Positions 1 to 9,852 of a DNA stretch of 58,516 nucleotides are shown piece by piece; within the stretch, counting starts at the first letter, position 1, and the number at the start of each line of letters is the position of its first letter. The notes below the pieces were generated by a model. It did no database searches, was not told the DNA's origin, and saw only the letters and a program-made list of their open reading frames with translations. The stretch is from Candidatus Eiseniibacteriota bacterium (lineage in GTDB: Bacteria; Orphanbacterota; Orphanbacteria; Orphanbacterales; Orphanbacteraceae), in NCBI GenBank assembly GCA_043809585.1, contig JBDROZ010000044.1:1-58516 (forward strand). Direction: 5' to 3'. Both the position numbers and the translations under genes were made by a program.

Positions 1-717
1 TACTCCTTCGGACCCGTGGCGTTGGGCTTCCTGGAGCTGGACCGGGTCTTGACGGTCTCCGTGATCCCGGGCCTCCGCCATTCGGGGCGGGTCGCCGAGA
101 AAGCGGTGAAAGAGGGGAAGGGGCTCCTCGTTCATCTGCCGATGGAGCCCATCGAGTTCCCGCGGCACAATCCGGGACACGGCGCGGTGTTCGTCGAGCA
201 GGAGGACAAGGTGGTCCGGACCCTCGTGCGGAACGGTCTGGACGGTCTCCTTTCGGCGGTGGGCGTGAACAACCACATGGGGTCCCGCGCGATGCAGGAT
301 CCCCGGGTGATGCGCATCATTTTGGAAGAGGTCGGAGGTCGGGGGCTTTTCTTCCTCGACTCCAAGACGATCGCCGGTCACACTCCGCGGGACCTCGCCG
401 ACTCCCTCGGCGTTGTCTGTCTCGAAAACGACCTCTTTTGGGATACGGGATACGACGAGAAGGAGCAGATTCTCGAGAAGTTGGACCGCCTGGCGGACAT
501 CGCCCGCCTCCGGGGCACGGCCGTCGGCATCGGCCACCCCCGCGCGGTGACTCTCGAGGCGCTGAAAGAGAAGCTTCCCGAGTTCGACGAACTCGGGATC
601 CTGTTGGTTCCGATCGCGGACCTGGTCCGGGGCGAAATCCCGGCCGCGCCGGGGGGAGACCCTCCGGACCGGCCGGCCCCCCCGGCGGGGAGGACCGCGC
701 CTTCGGACTCGCCCTGA
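1..717 (+). CDS. Divergent polysaccharide deacetylase family protein (YibQ-like), 5' partial
   Basis: Motifs LVHLPMEP, GVNNHMGS, FFLDSKT, GIGHP; frame is open from base 1. Confidence 0.9.
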   Translation, partial: YSFGPVALGFLELDRVLTVSVIPGLRHSGRVAEKAVKEGKGLLVHLPMEPIEFPRHNPGHGAVFVEQEDKVVRTLVRNGLDGLLSAVGVNNHMGSRAMQDPRVMRIILEEVGGRGLFFLDSKTIAGHTPRDLADSLGVVCLENDLFWDTGYDEKEQILEKLDRLADIARLRGTAVGIGHPRAVTLEALKEKLPEFDELGILLVPIADLVRGEIPAAPGGDPPDRPAPPAGRTAPSDSP

Positions 718-763
718 GCAAGGTTGCCCCGCCGATCGGGCGGGGGAATCGAAGGAGCTGGGG

Positions 764-2566
764 ATGGGGAAGAACCGTCTCAGACTGATTCTGGTCATCG
801 CGGCGCTCGTGCTGGGCGCCTGGTACGTCTATCCGACCTTCCGCGTGGTCACCCTCTCCGACGAGAAGAAGGCGGCCATGGGCCCGGAGGCCTTCGCCGA
901 ATACCGGTCGAAGGCCCTCAACCTGGGGCTCGACCTCCAGGGGGGAATGCACCTGGTGCTTCAGGTCGATCGGACGAAACTGTCCGAGGACGAGGCGAGC
1001 GACGCCGTCGACCGGGCCCTGGAGATCATCCGGAACCGGGTGGACCAGTTCGGCGTCGCCGAGCCCTCGATCCAGCGGCAGGGGGATGACCGGATCGTCG
1101 TCCAGCTGCCGGGCGTCAGGAACCCGCTTCAGGCGAAGAGCCTGATCGGGCAGACGGCGCTCCTCGAGTTCAAGCTCGTCCGTTCCTCCAGCGAATTCAC
1201 CGAGACCCTGCGGCGGGTCGACGACTATCTCTACGAGCGGTACAAAAAGAGCGGCGGTGAAAAAGAGCAGAAAAGCGGGGAGGAGGGCGACGAGGAGTCG
1301 GACGGGGACCAGGAATCGGCGGAAGGGAATGACGAAGCCGAGGCCGGCGAGACCAAAGAGGGCGAATCGGATGCGAGCGCTCTGGACGGCCAGGGCGCGG
1401 AGCCGACGCCGGGCGACACGACGAAGCCCGACCCGGGCGACACGGCCTTCACCGGGGACGATTTCCTCGCCGAAGAGACGAAAGCGCAGGACGAGGCTTC
1501 GCGGCAGTCGCCGCTCACGTCCAGGCTGCGATTCTTCCGCACCGGCGAGCAGGACAATGGGTGGGTGCCCGAAGACAACATCGCCCAGGTCGAGTCGCTT
1601 CTCGCCGTGCCGGGCGTCCGCGGCCTGATCCCCTTCGGGGCCAGTTTCGCGTGGGGCAGGGATCTGAAGAATTACGGCGATGCGGACATGAAGGCCCTCT
1701 ACCTGATCGACGACCGGGCCGAGCTGACCGGAAAGTCCGTGAGCAACGCGATCGTCCAGGTGGGACTCGACTCGAATCGTCCGAACACCCCGGGCGTCAG
1801 CCTCACCTTGACCGGGGAGGGCGCCCACGATTTCTCCCGGATCACGGGGAACAATGTCGGCCGGCGACTCGCGATCGTTCTCGACGGCAAGGTCCACTCG
1901 GCGCCGAACATCATCGACAAAATCCCTCACGGCCGGGCGTCGATCACCGGTCAGTTCGATTTCGACGAGGCGAAGGTTCTCGCCATCGTCCTCCGGGCGG
2001 GCGCGCTGCCGGCGCCTCTCGAGATCATGGAAGAGCGGACCGTGGGTCCCTCCCTCGGCCGGGACTCGATCCGCATGGGCGTCCGGGCGGCGATCTTCGG
2101 CGGCATCGTGGTGGTTGTTTTCATGATCTTCTACTACAAGGGGGCCGGCGTGATCGCGAACGTCGCCCTGGTGCTGAACCTCGTCTTCTTGATGGCCGCC
2201 CTTTCCGGACTCCACGCGACTCTGACCCTGCCGGGGATCGCGGGCATCATCTTGACTATCGGCATGGCGGTGGACGCGAACGTGCTCATTTTCGAGAGAA
2301 TACGGGAGGAGCTCCGCAACCGGAAGACGGTGCGGGCCTCCATCGAGAGCGGATACGGACGGGCGTTCCGGACCATTCTGGACGCCAACGTGACGACGCT
2401 GATCACGGCTTTCGTGCTGCTCCAATTCGGCACGGCGAGCATCAAGGGGTTCGCCGTGACACTTAGCATCGGCATCCTGACCTCCATGTTCACGGCCCTC
2501 GTCGTGACGCGGCTGATCTTCGACTTCATGGTCGACCGTTTCGCGGTGAAAAAACTGAGCATCTAG
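764..2566 (+). CDS. secD: Protein translocase subunit SecD
   Basis: LGLDLQGGMHLVL, IRNRVDQFGVAEP, LRAGALPAP, GMAVDANVLIFERIREE; GAAGGAG RBS upstream. Confidence 0.98.
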   Translation: MGKNRLRLILVIAALVLGAWYVYPTFRVVTLSDEKKAAMGPEAFAEYRSKALNLGLDLQGGMHLVLQVDRTKLSEDEASDAVDRALEIIRNRVDQFGVAEPSIQRQGDDRIVVQLPGVRNPLQAKSLIGQTALLEFKLVRSSSEFTETLRRVDDYLYERYKKSGGEKEQKSGEEGDEESDGDQESAEGNDEAEAGETKEGESDASALDGQGAEPTPGDTTKPDPGDTAFTGDDFLAEETKAQDEASRQSPLTSRLRFFRTGEQDNGWVPEDNIAQVESLLAVPGVRGLIPFGASFAWGRDLKNYGDADMKALYLIDDRAELTGKSVSNAIVQVGLDSNRPNTPGVSLTLTGEGAHDFSRITGNNVGRRLAIVLDGKVHSAPNIIDKIPHGRASITGQFDFDEAKVLAIVLRAGALPAPLEIMEERTVGPSLGRDSIRMGVRAAIFGGIVVVVFMIFYYKGAGVIANVALVLNLVFLMAALSGLHATLTLPGIAGIILTIGMAVDANVLIFERIREELRNRKTVRASIESGYGRAFRTILDANVTTLITAFVLLQFGTASIKGFAVTLSIGILTSMFTALVVTRLIFDFMVDRFAVKKLSI

Positions 2567-2587
2567 GAAGGCCGGGGGGATATCGTC

Positions 2588-3529
2588 ATGCAGTGGCTGG
2601 TGAATGCGAACTACGAGTTTATCAACCGGCGGCGGGCCGCCTACGTCTTGTCCGGCGTCCTGATCGCCGTAGGTCTCTTTTCGATCCTGTTCCACAAGGG
2701 TCTGAACTACTCGATCGACTTCAAGGGCGGGTCGATTCTGGAGGTCCGGTTCGACGAGTCCCTTCCCATGAGGGACATCCGTTCCAGCGTGGAGAGATCC
2801 GGGGTCGGGGGCTTCGAGCTTCAGCGCTTCGGCGACGACCGGGAGATCCTCGTCAGCATCGAACAGGCCGAGAAGTCGGGCGAGTTCGGAGAGAAACTGA
2901 TCGCCCAGTTCCGGAAGGACTTTCCCGATCGGTCCGCCGAGATCCGGCGGGAGGAGAGCGTTGGCCCCCGGATCGGGGCCGAGCTCCGGAACAAGGCCTT
3001 CCTCGCGATCGTCTTCGCCCTGATCGGCATCCTGATCTACGTTTCGTGGCGGTTCGAGTTCCGTTTCGCCCTGGCGGCCGTGGCCGCCCTCGCCCACGAC
3101 GTGATCGTGACCCTCGGGGTCTTCTCCATCCTGGACCGGGAGATCTCCCTCGGAGTGATCGCGGCGTTTCTCACGATCGTCGGGTATTCGCTCAACGACA
3201 CGATCGTGGTCTTCGACCGGATCCGGGAGGACCTCCGCCTCTACTCGAGACAGCCCTACGACCGGATCCTGAACACGGCGATCAACCGGACCCTCTCCCG
3301 GACCATCCTGACCTCGGGCACCACCTTGTTTGTCGTGGGCTTCCTCCTCTTCATGGGAGGGAGCGTGCTACGGGACTTCACGCTGGCCCTCACCATAGGA
3401 ATCATCACCGGTACCTACTCCACGGTCTATGTGGCGAGCGCGCTCCTGGTGGACTGGAACAACTGGACCGTCGCCCGCGCGAAGGCGAAGGGGCTCTCCC
3501 GGGTGAAGGGGAAGGCGCTGGCCAAGTAG
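2588..3529 (+). CDS. secF: Protein translocase subunit SecF
   Basis: SIDFKGG, GYSLNDTIVVFDRIRE, TLSRTILTS, GTYSTVYVA; directly follows secD. Confidence 0.98.
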   Translation: MQWLVNANYEFINRRRAAYVLSGVLIAVGLFSILFHKGLNYSIDFKGGSILEVRFDESLPMRDIRSSVERSGVGGFELQRFGDDREILVSIEQAEKSGEFGEKLIAQFRKDFPDRSAEIRREESVGPRIGAELRNKAFLAIVFALIGILIYVSWRFEFRFALAAVAALAHDVIVTLGVFSILDREISLGVIAAFLTIVGYSLNDTIVVFDRIREDLRLYSRQPYDRILNTAINRTLSRTILTSGTTLFVVGFLLFMGGSVLRDFTLALTIGIITGTYSTVYVASALLVDWNNWTVARAKAKGLSRVKGKALAK

Positions 3530-3580
3530 GAGAGCGGGTCCCGTCCCCGGCCGGGGCCAGGGGGTTCCGCATTCGAGACA

Positions 3581-3618
3581 CCCTCCGTCGGCTTCGAAGC
3601 CGCCGGAGGGCTCTTTTT
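3581..3618 (+). terminator. Intrinsic terminator after secDF
   Basis: CCCTCCGtCGGCTT-cg-AAGCCGcCGGAGGG hairpin followed by CTCTTTTT. Confidence 0.75.
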
Positions 3619-3661
3619 CGCACTCCCGGCGGGCTTACGGCGCTCGATCTCTTCCCTTCCA

Positions 3662-3677
3662 TGGCACGACCCTTGCG
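3662..3677 (+). promoter_or_regulatory. Sigma54 (-24/-12) promoter
   Basis: TGGCACG-ACCC-TTGCG matches TGGCACG-N4-TTGC with exact GG-N10-GC spacing; lies between a terminator and the next gene. Confidence 0.7.
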
Positions 3678-3743
3678 TAGTCACACACTCATTATCCCCT
3701 GTTCCATGTGGCCTGGGAAAACCGGGCCGGAAGGAGACCGTCC

Positions 3744-4247
3744 ATGGGTCGCGCCTCCGTGTGGCTCCTGCTCACGATCCTCATCGCGGGGTCGACCGGG
3801 CTCATCGCCTCCCCGGTCCCGGATTCCCGGGTTCATGCCGCGGAGGGGGCGGTGGTCCTCCTCGAGGGGGAGGGGGTCGACGAGGGGCTCCGCCGGGTCT
3901 TCCTGGATGTCGAAAGGGCATGGAGGATCGGTGGCGCCGATTCACTGGTCCGTCACATCGGCGAGCGGGGCGCCCTGCTCCCCCGTTCCGGCGAGGAACG
4001 TTCGGAGCGGTTTTCCCGAAGCCAGGCTCTTTACATCCTGGACGGGATGATGCAAGGTTCCGAAACGATCAGTTTCGAGTTTCTTCGTTTCCGGAACTTG
4101 GACGGCGCGAACGGTCGTCCGAACGGGGCGGCGGTCCGGGAGGCCCTTCTTCCCGGCGGCGCGGTCCGCCGGGATCTGGTTTTCGTCGCCCTGGCGAGAC
4201 AGGACGATCGGTGGACGATCGACGAAATCCGGACCAAACGGCCCTGA
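3744..4247 (+). CDS. Exported DUF4783-like protein
   Basis: AAGGAG RBS 7 nt before ATG 3744, N-terminal signal peptide, FSRSQALYIL...ISFEF pattern recalled from DUF4783. Confidence 0.6.
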   Translation: MGRASVWLLLTILIAGSTGLIASPVPDSRVHAAEGAVVLLEGEGVDEGLRRVFLDVERAWRIGGADSLVRHIGERGALLPRSGEERSERFSRSQALYILDGMMQGSETISFEFLRFRNLDGANGRPNGAAVREALLPGGAVRRDLVFVALARQDDRWTIDEIRTKRP

Positions 4248-4273
4248 GCCCGCCGGCGCGCCGGGATGAGCCG

Positions 4274-7200
4274 ATGACTCCCACCCGTATCCGGACCGTC
4301 AACCCCGCCGCGGTCTATCTCGCGCTCGCGCTCGCCGCGGGCGGGGTCCTCTTCTTCACCGGCCGTCTCGGCGTGGAGAGCGCCAATCTCCTCTGGATCG
4401 GAATAGGGGCGGCGCCCGCTCTCGTCTTCATCGGTCTCGGCCGGTGCCGGTTCCGATCGGTCTTGATTCTCCTTCTCTTCTTGGTTCTCGCCCTCGGGCG
4501 GCACGCGGCGCACCGGATTCCTTCGCCGGGGGAGGGTGGGGCGGAGCGGGCCCTCGCCGAAGCCGAGGAGATCGCGCTGCAGGCGCTCGCCGCCCGGGCC
4601 GATTCCCTTCAGCGCTGGACCCATGAGATCGCCGCCGACAAGAACGTGGCCGCCCTCGTGCGGGACGAGAGCCGGCGGGGACGGCTCGAGCTCTTCCGGC
4701 TTCTCGAAGAGCGGGGGGGGGCAATCGCGGCCCGGCCGGCGGGGCGGGAGCTCGCCCTCGAGGTCTACGGCGATGGGGGGAGCGAACCGGTGGCGTGGTG
4801 GGGAGAGGTCCCGGACCTCGAGGAGCGGGGTGAGCGTGGTTGGATGCGGCTCGCGAGCGATCCGTTCCGGGTTCATCTGCTGGTGGAATCGCCCGTGCGG
4901 ATGCCGGGGCGCCGGGCGCCCGGCGGCCTGGTGCGCGCCGTCCTCCCGATAGGACCGAATCCGGAGCTCGCCGGCCGCGCCACGCGGCCCGTGGCCTTCG
5001 CCGCTGAACTCCGGGAGCTCACCGGCGGAGAAGTGGTCTTCCATCCGGACGCGGAACGGAGCGATCGACCCCTCCAAGCTTCGGAGGGGACGGAGATCGG
5101 CGGGCTCAATGTGCGCCTCCCGAGCCGCGAAGAGCGGGTCGCCCGAATCCGGGACCGGGGAGATCGGGCCGGGGCGACGCTGCTCTTCCTCCTCGCCGCG
5201 GCGACGCTCCCGTGGCGCCACCGGAAGCGGGCGGGCGCCGCGGACCGGGGCCGCGGCCCCATCCGGGATCGGGTGGCCCGGATCCCGGTGGGACCGGTGA
5301 TCGGTCTCCGCCTCCTCTCGCTCCTCTTCGATCTTCCGGGGCGATGGCTGCCCGGTTCCCTGTCCGGCCCGGAGTCGTTCGCTTCCGGAATCGGCCTCGG
5401 GCTCTTCCGTTCCCCGTCGGATCTCCTGCTCACCGCCGCGGCGCTCTTCGCCGTTCTCCTCGTTCTCCGCGAGAGAACCGTGTCCGTCCTCGCCTCGTCC
5501 CCCCGCGAAACTTCGCGCCGGCCGGCGGCACTCGCCGCCGTTCTCCTGGTTCTGTCCGGGGCGGCGATCGGGTTCGGCCTGCTTCTCCGGGAGATCACTT
5601 TTTCGACGACTCTCCCCCTGTTCGACGGCCCCAACCCGATCGGCCCTCCGCCGGTAATGATCCTGGAACTCTCCCTCTTTCTCCTCGGCGCGGCGTACCT
5701 GCTCCTCGTCGACGGAGGGTTCTCGGCCGGGGGGCGTCTCGGACGCCGGGCGACGGGGCTCGCCCTTCCTCTCCGGGTCCTTCTCGGTCTTCTCTCCGCC
5801 GCGGCGGTCCTCCTGCTCACCCGGGCCCAGATCGGCGGTGGTCCGCTCTATCTCGTCGCCCCGGCGACCGCGGCGGCCACGGGTCTTCTGGTTCTCTTTC
5901 TCCTGCGCGGCCGGGGTTGGCGCGTCTGGAGCGGCTTCGGATTCGTCATCGCCGTGGCCATCGTTTCCTACCCCCATCTCTCGGCGGCCCGGGACGAGGC
6001 GATGCGTCTTCGCTTGGAGGAGAAGGCCCGGGGCTTCGCCGATCCCCGGGACGAGTGGAAACGGTTCCTCCTCGAAGAGACGATGCGATTCTTCGCCGAG
6101 GACGAAGAACTGGCCGGGAAGCTGAGCGCCGATCCGGCGCCGCCGATGGACCGGGAGGCTTTCCTCGCATGGGTCCGGAGCGGACTTTCCCGCTTTGACT
6201 ACAGCACCGAAGTTCGCGTGCTCGACCGGCAAGGGGCGGTGGTGAGCCGTTTCGCCCTCGACATGCCTGCCGAGTCCCCGGTCCGGGCCGCGTTCGTCTT
6301 CCGCGATATCCGAGCGTCGGGGGGCCCGCGGGTCTATGAGGAGCGCCGCCGCCTCGCCGGGGAGTCGGTGGAGATTTACACCGGCGCCGTCCCCCTCTTC
6401 GCGGAGGACCGGCTGATCGGCGCCGTGGTGGTTTCGATCCCTTACTACTACGAGAGTCTCGAACAGGCCGGCCGCCAGGAGAGGTCGTCGGAAATCCTCC
6501 GGGCGGGGGAAAGCGCTTCCGCGCCCCGTCGGGATCAGGGGGAATTCCAGGTGGTGCTCTACCGGGGGGGGAAGTGTCCCGCACCACGAGCGACCGGTTT
6601 CCGGTCGAGACGGACCTCCCCGATGAGGTCCGCGAAGAGATCGAGCGGCGGGGGAGCGCGTGGGGAGAGATCACCATCGAGGGCCGGCGGCACCGAACCT
6701 TCTTCACGTCGTGGAAGGACCCGGAACGGGAGGGCGTCGTCGCATTCGCCGCGCCGGTCCGGGGATGGAAGGAACACACTCTCTCGCTCCTCGACACTGT
6801 GCTCATTCATCTCTTCTTCGCCGTCGCTCTCCTCCTTCTTTCCCTCCCCGCCCTTTTGCTCGTCTCCCGGAGGCGGCCCGGCCGGGGGCGCCGTTTCGAA
6901 CCGACCTTCCAGGACAAGCTGGTGCTCGCCTTCCTGCTCGTGGCGCTCCTCCCCGCGGTTCTTCTCGGCGGCGCGGGGCGGCGCATGATCGCGAGCCAGC
7001 TCCGGGAAGCGGGAGAGTCGGAGGCCCGGACCTCCCTCAGGGCGGTGCTCCACGCCCTCGAAAGGGACGGCACGCGGGAGGCGGAGGACCTCGCCCAGAG
7101 CACGCTCGTCCGCCGCCGGGTCCTCGGAGTGGAGGAAACGGAGGAGATGGTCGACCTCGAGCTCTCACTGAAACGATTCGCGATCTTCTCCCCCGACGGA

Positions 7201-9042
7201 GAGCTGATCTTACAAAACGGGAAGGTGGGCGCCGTGGACCCCGAAGCGCTCGCCGAAGTGAGGGAAAGGAGGACGCCGGTCACCGCGTTTCAGAGCGACG
7301 ACGGTCTCGCCCTCACCGCCCTCGTCGGAATCGCCCTCGAAGGACTCGAGGAGACCCTCGAGGGAATCCTGATGCTCACCCGGTCCATCGACGAGGAATG
7401 GATCGCCGCCCTCGGCGAGCGGGTGGGGAGGGACGTGTCGTTCTACTCGGGGGGTTCGATCCTCGCCTCCACGCGGTTCGAACTCTTCCAGGCGGGGCTC
7501 CTCCCCCCGCGGCTTCCGGCGAACGTCTTCGCCCCTCTCGAGCTGAAGGGGGAGGAGATGAGGTTCGGCCGGGAGAACGTGGCGGGGACCCCCTATCTCG
7601 TCGGATACGGCGCCCTCCGCGATTTCCGGGGGGAGCCGGTCGGCACGGCGGCGGTCCCCCTCCTCTTCCGGGAGCGGGAGGCGAGGCGGGACCTCGACAG
7701 GGCGTACGCCGCGATCACCTATCTCACGTTTTTCGCTCTCGTGGTGATCGTCGTCGTCGCCGAGACCATGGGACAGCGGATCGCCCGCCCCGTGGCCGAG
7801 CTCTCCCGGGGGATGGACCGGATCACGTCGGGCGATCTCGAACTCGAGCTGCCGGTACGTTCGGGGGGCGAGATCGGCAAGTTGGTCCGCGCCTTCAACC
7901 GGATGACGGGAGAGCTGAAACGGGGCCGGGACGCCCTCACCGAACGGAGCCGGTACATCGAGACCGTTCTCGGGAGCGTCGGCGCGGGCGTGATCGCCTT
8001 CGACGGCGAGGACCGCGTGGCGAGCGCGAATCCGGCCGCCTCCCGGATCCTCGGCGTTCCCCTCGAGGAACTCCGGGGGGCGCGGCTCGAGTGGGTCGCC
8101 GGCGGCCGTCTCGCTCCCCTCTTCCGCATCGTCTCCCGGGTCGAACCGGCGGCGGACCGGATCGTGGAGGACGAGGCGGAGCTCTCCCGCCCGGGGGGGA
8201 CGGCGACGCTCCGGGTGGTGGCGACGGCCATTGTCGACGAATCGGGGGGGAGCCGGGGGAGCGTGATCGTCTTCGAGGATCTCACCGACCTGATCCAGTC
8301 GAAGAAGCTGCTCGCCTGGGGGGAGATGGCGCGGCAGGTCGCCCACGAGATCAAGAATCCCCTGACGCCGATGAAGCTCTCGGTGCAGCACCTCAAGCAG
8401 GCGTACCACGACGGGCACGAGCGGTTCGGAGACCTGCTCGACGAGTCGGCGGACCTCATCATCGAGGAGATCGGCAGCCTCCAGCGGATCGCCGCGGAGT
8501 TCTCCACCTTCGCGCGCATGCCCCGCCGCGAAGTCGGTCTCGTGCCGGCGGCGACGGTGATCCGGGACGCGCTCCGTCTTTACGAGGAAGGGCTCGCCGC
8601 GGGGCGACTCGAGACGGACGTGCCGGGCGATCTCCCCGAACTCCGGGTCGACCGGGAGGAGGTCCGGCGCCTCCTGATCAACCTGCTCGAGAACGCCGTT
8701 CAGGCGACCGGCGCCGCCGGGCGGATCCGGGTCAGCGCCCGCGTCGAGGAAGGACCCCCGCGGAACCGGGAGGGGTGGAAGCTCTGGGAAGTCACTTCGG
8801 AGGGACCGGAAACCGGTCCGATGCTCGTCGTCAGGATCGCCGACGACGGTCCCGGCGTCTCCGAATCGGCCCGGGGCAAGCTCTTCGAGCCGAACTTCAG
8901 CACCAAGACCGACGGAACCGGACTCGGCCTCGCGATCTGCCGGGCCATCATCGAAGACTACGGCGGCGTGATCGCCCTCGGATCGAATCCGGGAGAAGGA
9001 ACTGTGGCGATCGCCGCCTTTCCGGTGGCGGCGACCCTTTGA
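4274..9042 (+). CDS. Large multi-TM sensor histidine kinase (NtrY-like, HAMP-PAS-HisKA-HATPase), frameshifted at G8 run 6564-6571
   Basis: N-half has many TM helices. C-half has HAMP (GGEIGKLVRAFNRM), PAS, H-box MARQVAHEIKNPLTP, N-box NLLENA, DDGPG, GTGLGL. Adding one G joins YRGG to EVSRTT in frame. Confidence 0.85.
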
Positions 9043-9068
9043 CGGCGGACCGGGGGCCGTTGTAGGAT
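9039..9068 (+). promoter_or_regulatory. Putative sigma70 promoter of the DUF4159 cluster
   Basis: TTGACG-N18-TAGGAT. Confidence 0.45.
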
Positions 9069-9117
9069 GGGCGGACAGACCGCGTTCGGGACCCCCCTTC
9101 AGGAGATGCGAAACCCC

Positions 9118-9822
9118 ATGGCACCGATCCGATTCTCCTCCGGTCTCCGCCGGCCCTTCGCGGCGGTCCTCGCGGTCGCGGCCCTCTCGGCGCCGTCGCC
9201 GGCCGCGCCCCCATTCGCCGAGGACACGGGGGCGTTCACCGTGGCCAGGTTGAAGTACGGGGGTGGGGGGGACTGGTACTCCGATCCCACGTCTCTCCCG
9301 AACCTCCTCCGGGGTCTCCGGGAACGGACGGGGCTCCTCGTGGAGGAGCGGGAGGCGCGAGTGGAGGTCCTCGAAGAAGAGTTCTTCCGCTATCCTTTCC
9401 TCTATATGACCGGCCACGGCGAGATCCGCTTCAGCGGCGCCGAGGTGGAACGCCTCCGCTATCATCTCGTGCACGGCGGCTTCCTCTGGGCCGACGACAA
9501 CTACGGCATGGACGAACATTTCCGGCGGGAGATCCGCAAGGTCTTTCCGAACGAGGAGTTCGTGGAACTCCCCTTCGATCACCCGATCTACCACGCCTTC
9601 TACGACTTCCCCCGGGGGCTCCCCAAGATCCACGAACATGACGGCGGCGCGCCGAAGGGTTTCGGCATCTTCCATGATGGGAGGCTCGTCGTTTTTTATA
9701 CTTACGATACGGACATCGGCGACGGTCTCGAGGATTCGGAAGTTCACCAGGACCCGCCGGATAAGCGGGAGGAGGCTCTCCGGATGGGCATCAACATCGT
9801 CACCTACGCCGTCACCCGATAG
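9118..9822 (+). CDS. DUF4159 domain protein (exported)
   Basis: ARLKYGGGGDWY, YPFLYMTGHG, GGFLWADD, LPKIHEHDG, DIGDG, ALRMGINI; start could be 9106. Confidence 0.85.
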   Translation: MAPIRFSSGLRRPFAAVLAVAALSAPSPAAPPFAEDTGAFTVARLKYGGGGDWYSDPTSLPNLLRGLRERTGLLVEEREARVEVLEEEFFRYPFLYMTGHGEIRFSGAEVERLRYHLVHGGFLWADDNYGMDEHFRREIRKVFPNEEFVELPFDHPIYHAFYDFPRGLPKIHEHDGGAPKGFGIFHDGRLVVFYTYDTDIGDGLEDSEVHQDPPDKREEALRMGINIVTYAVTR

Positions 9823-9852
9823 AAGAGAGCGACCGGACCGGGAGGCGACATC

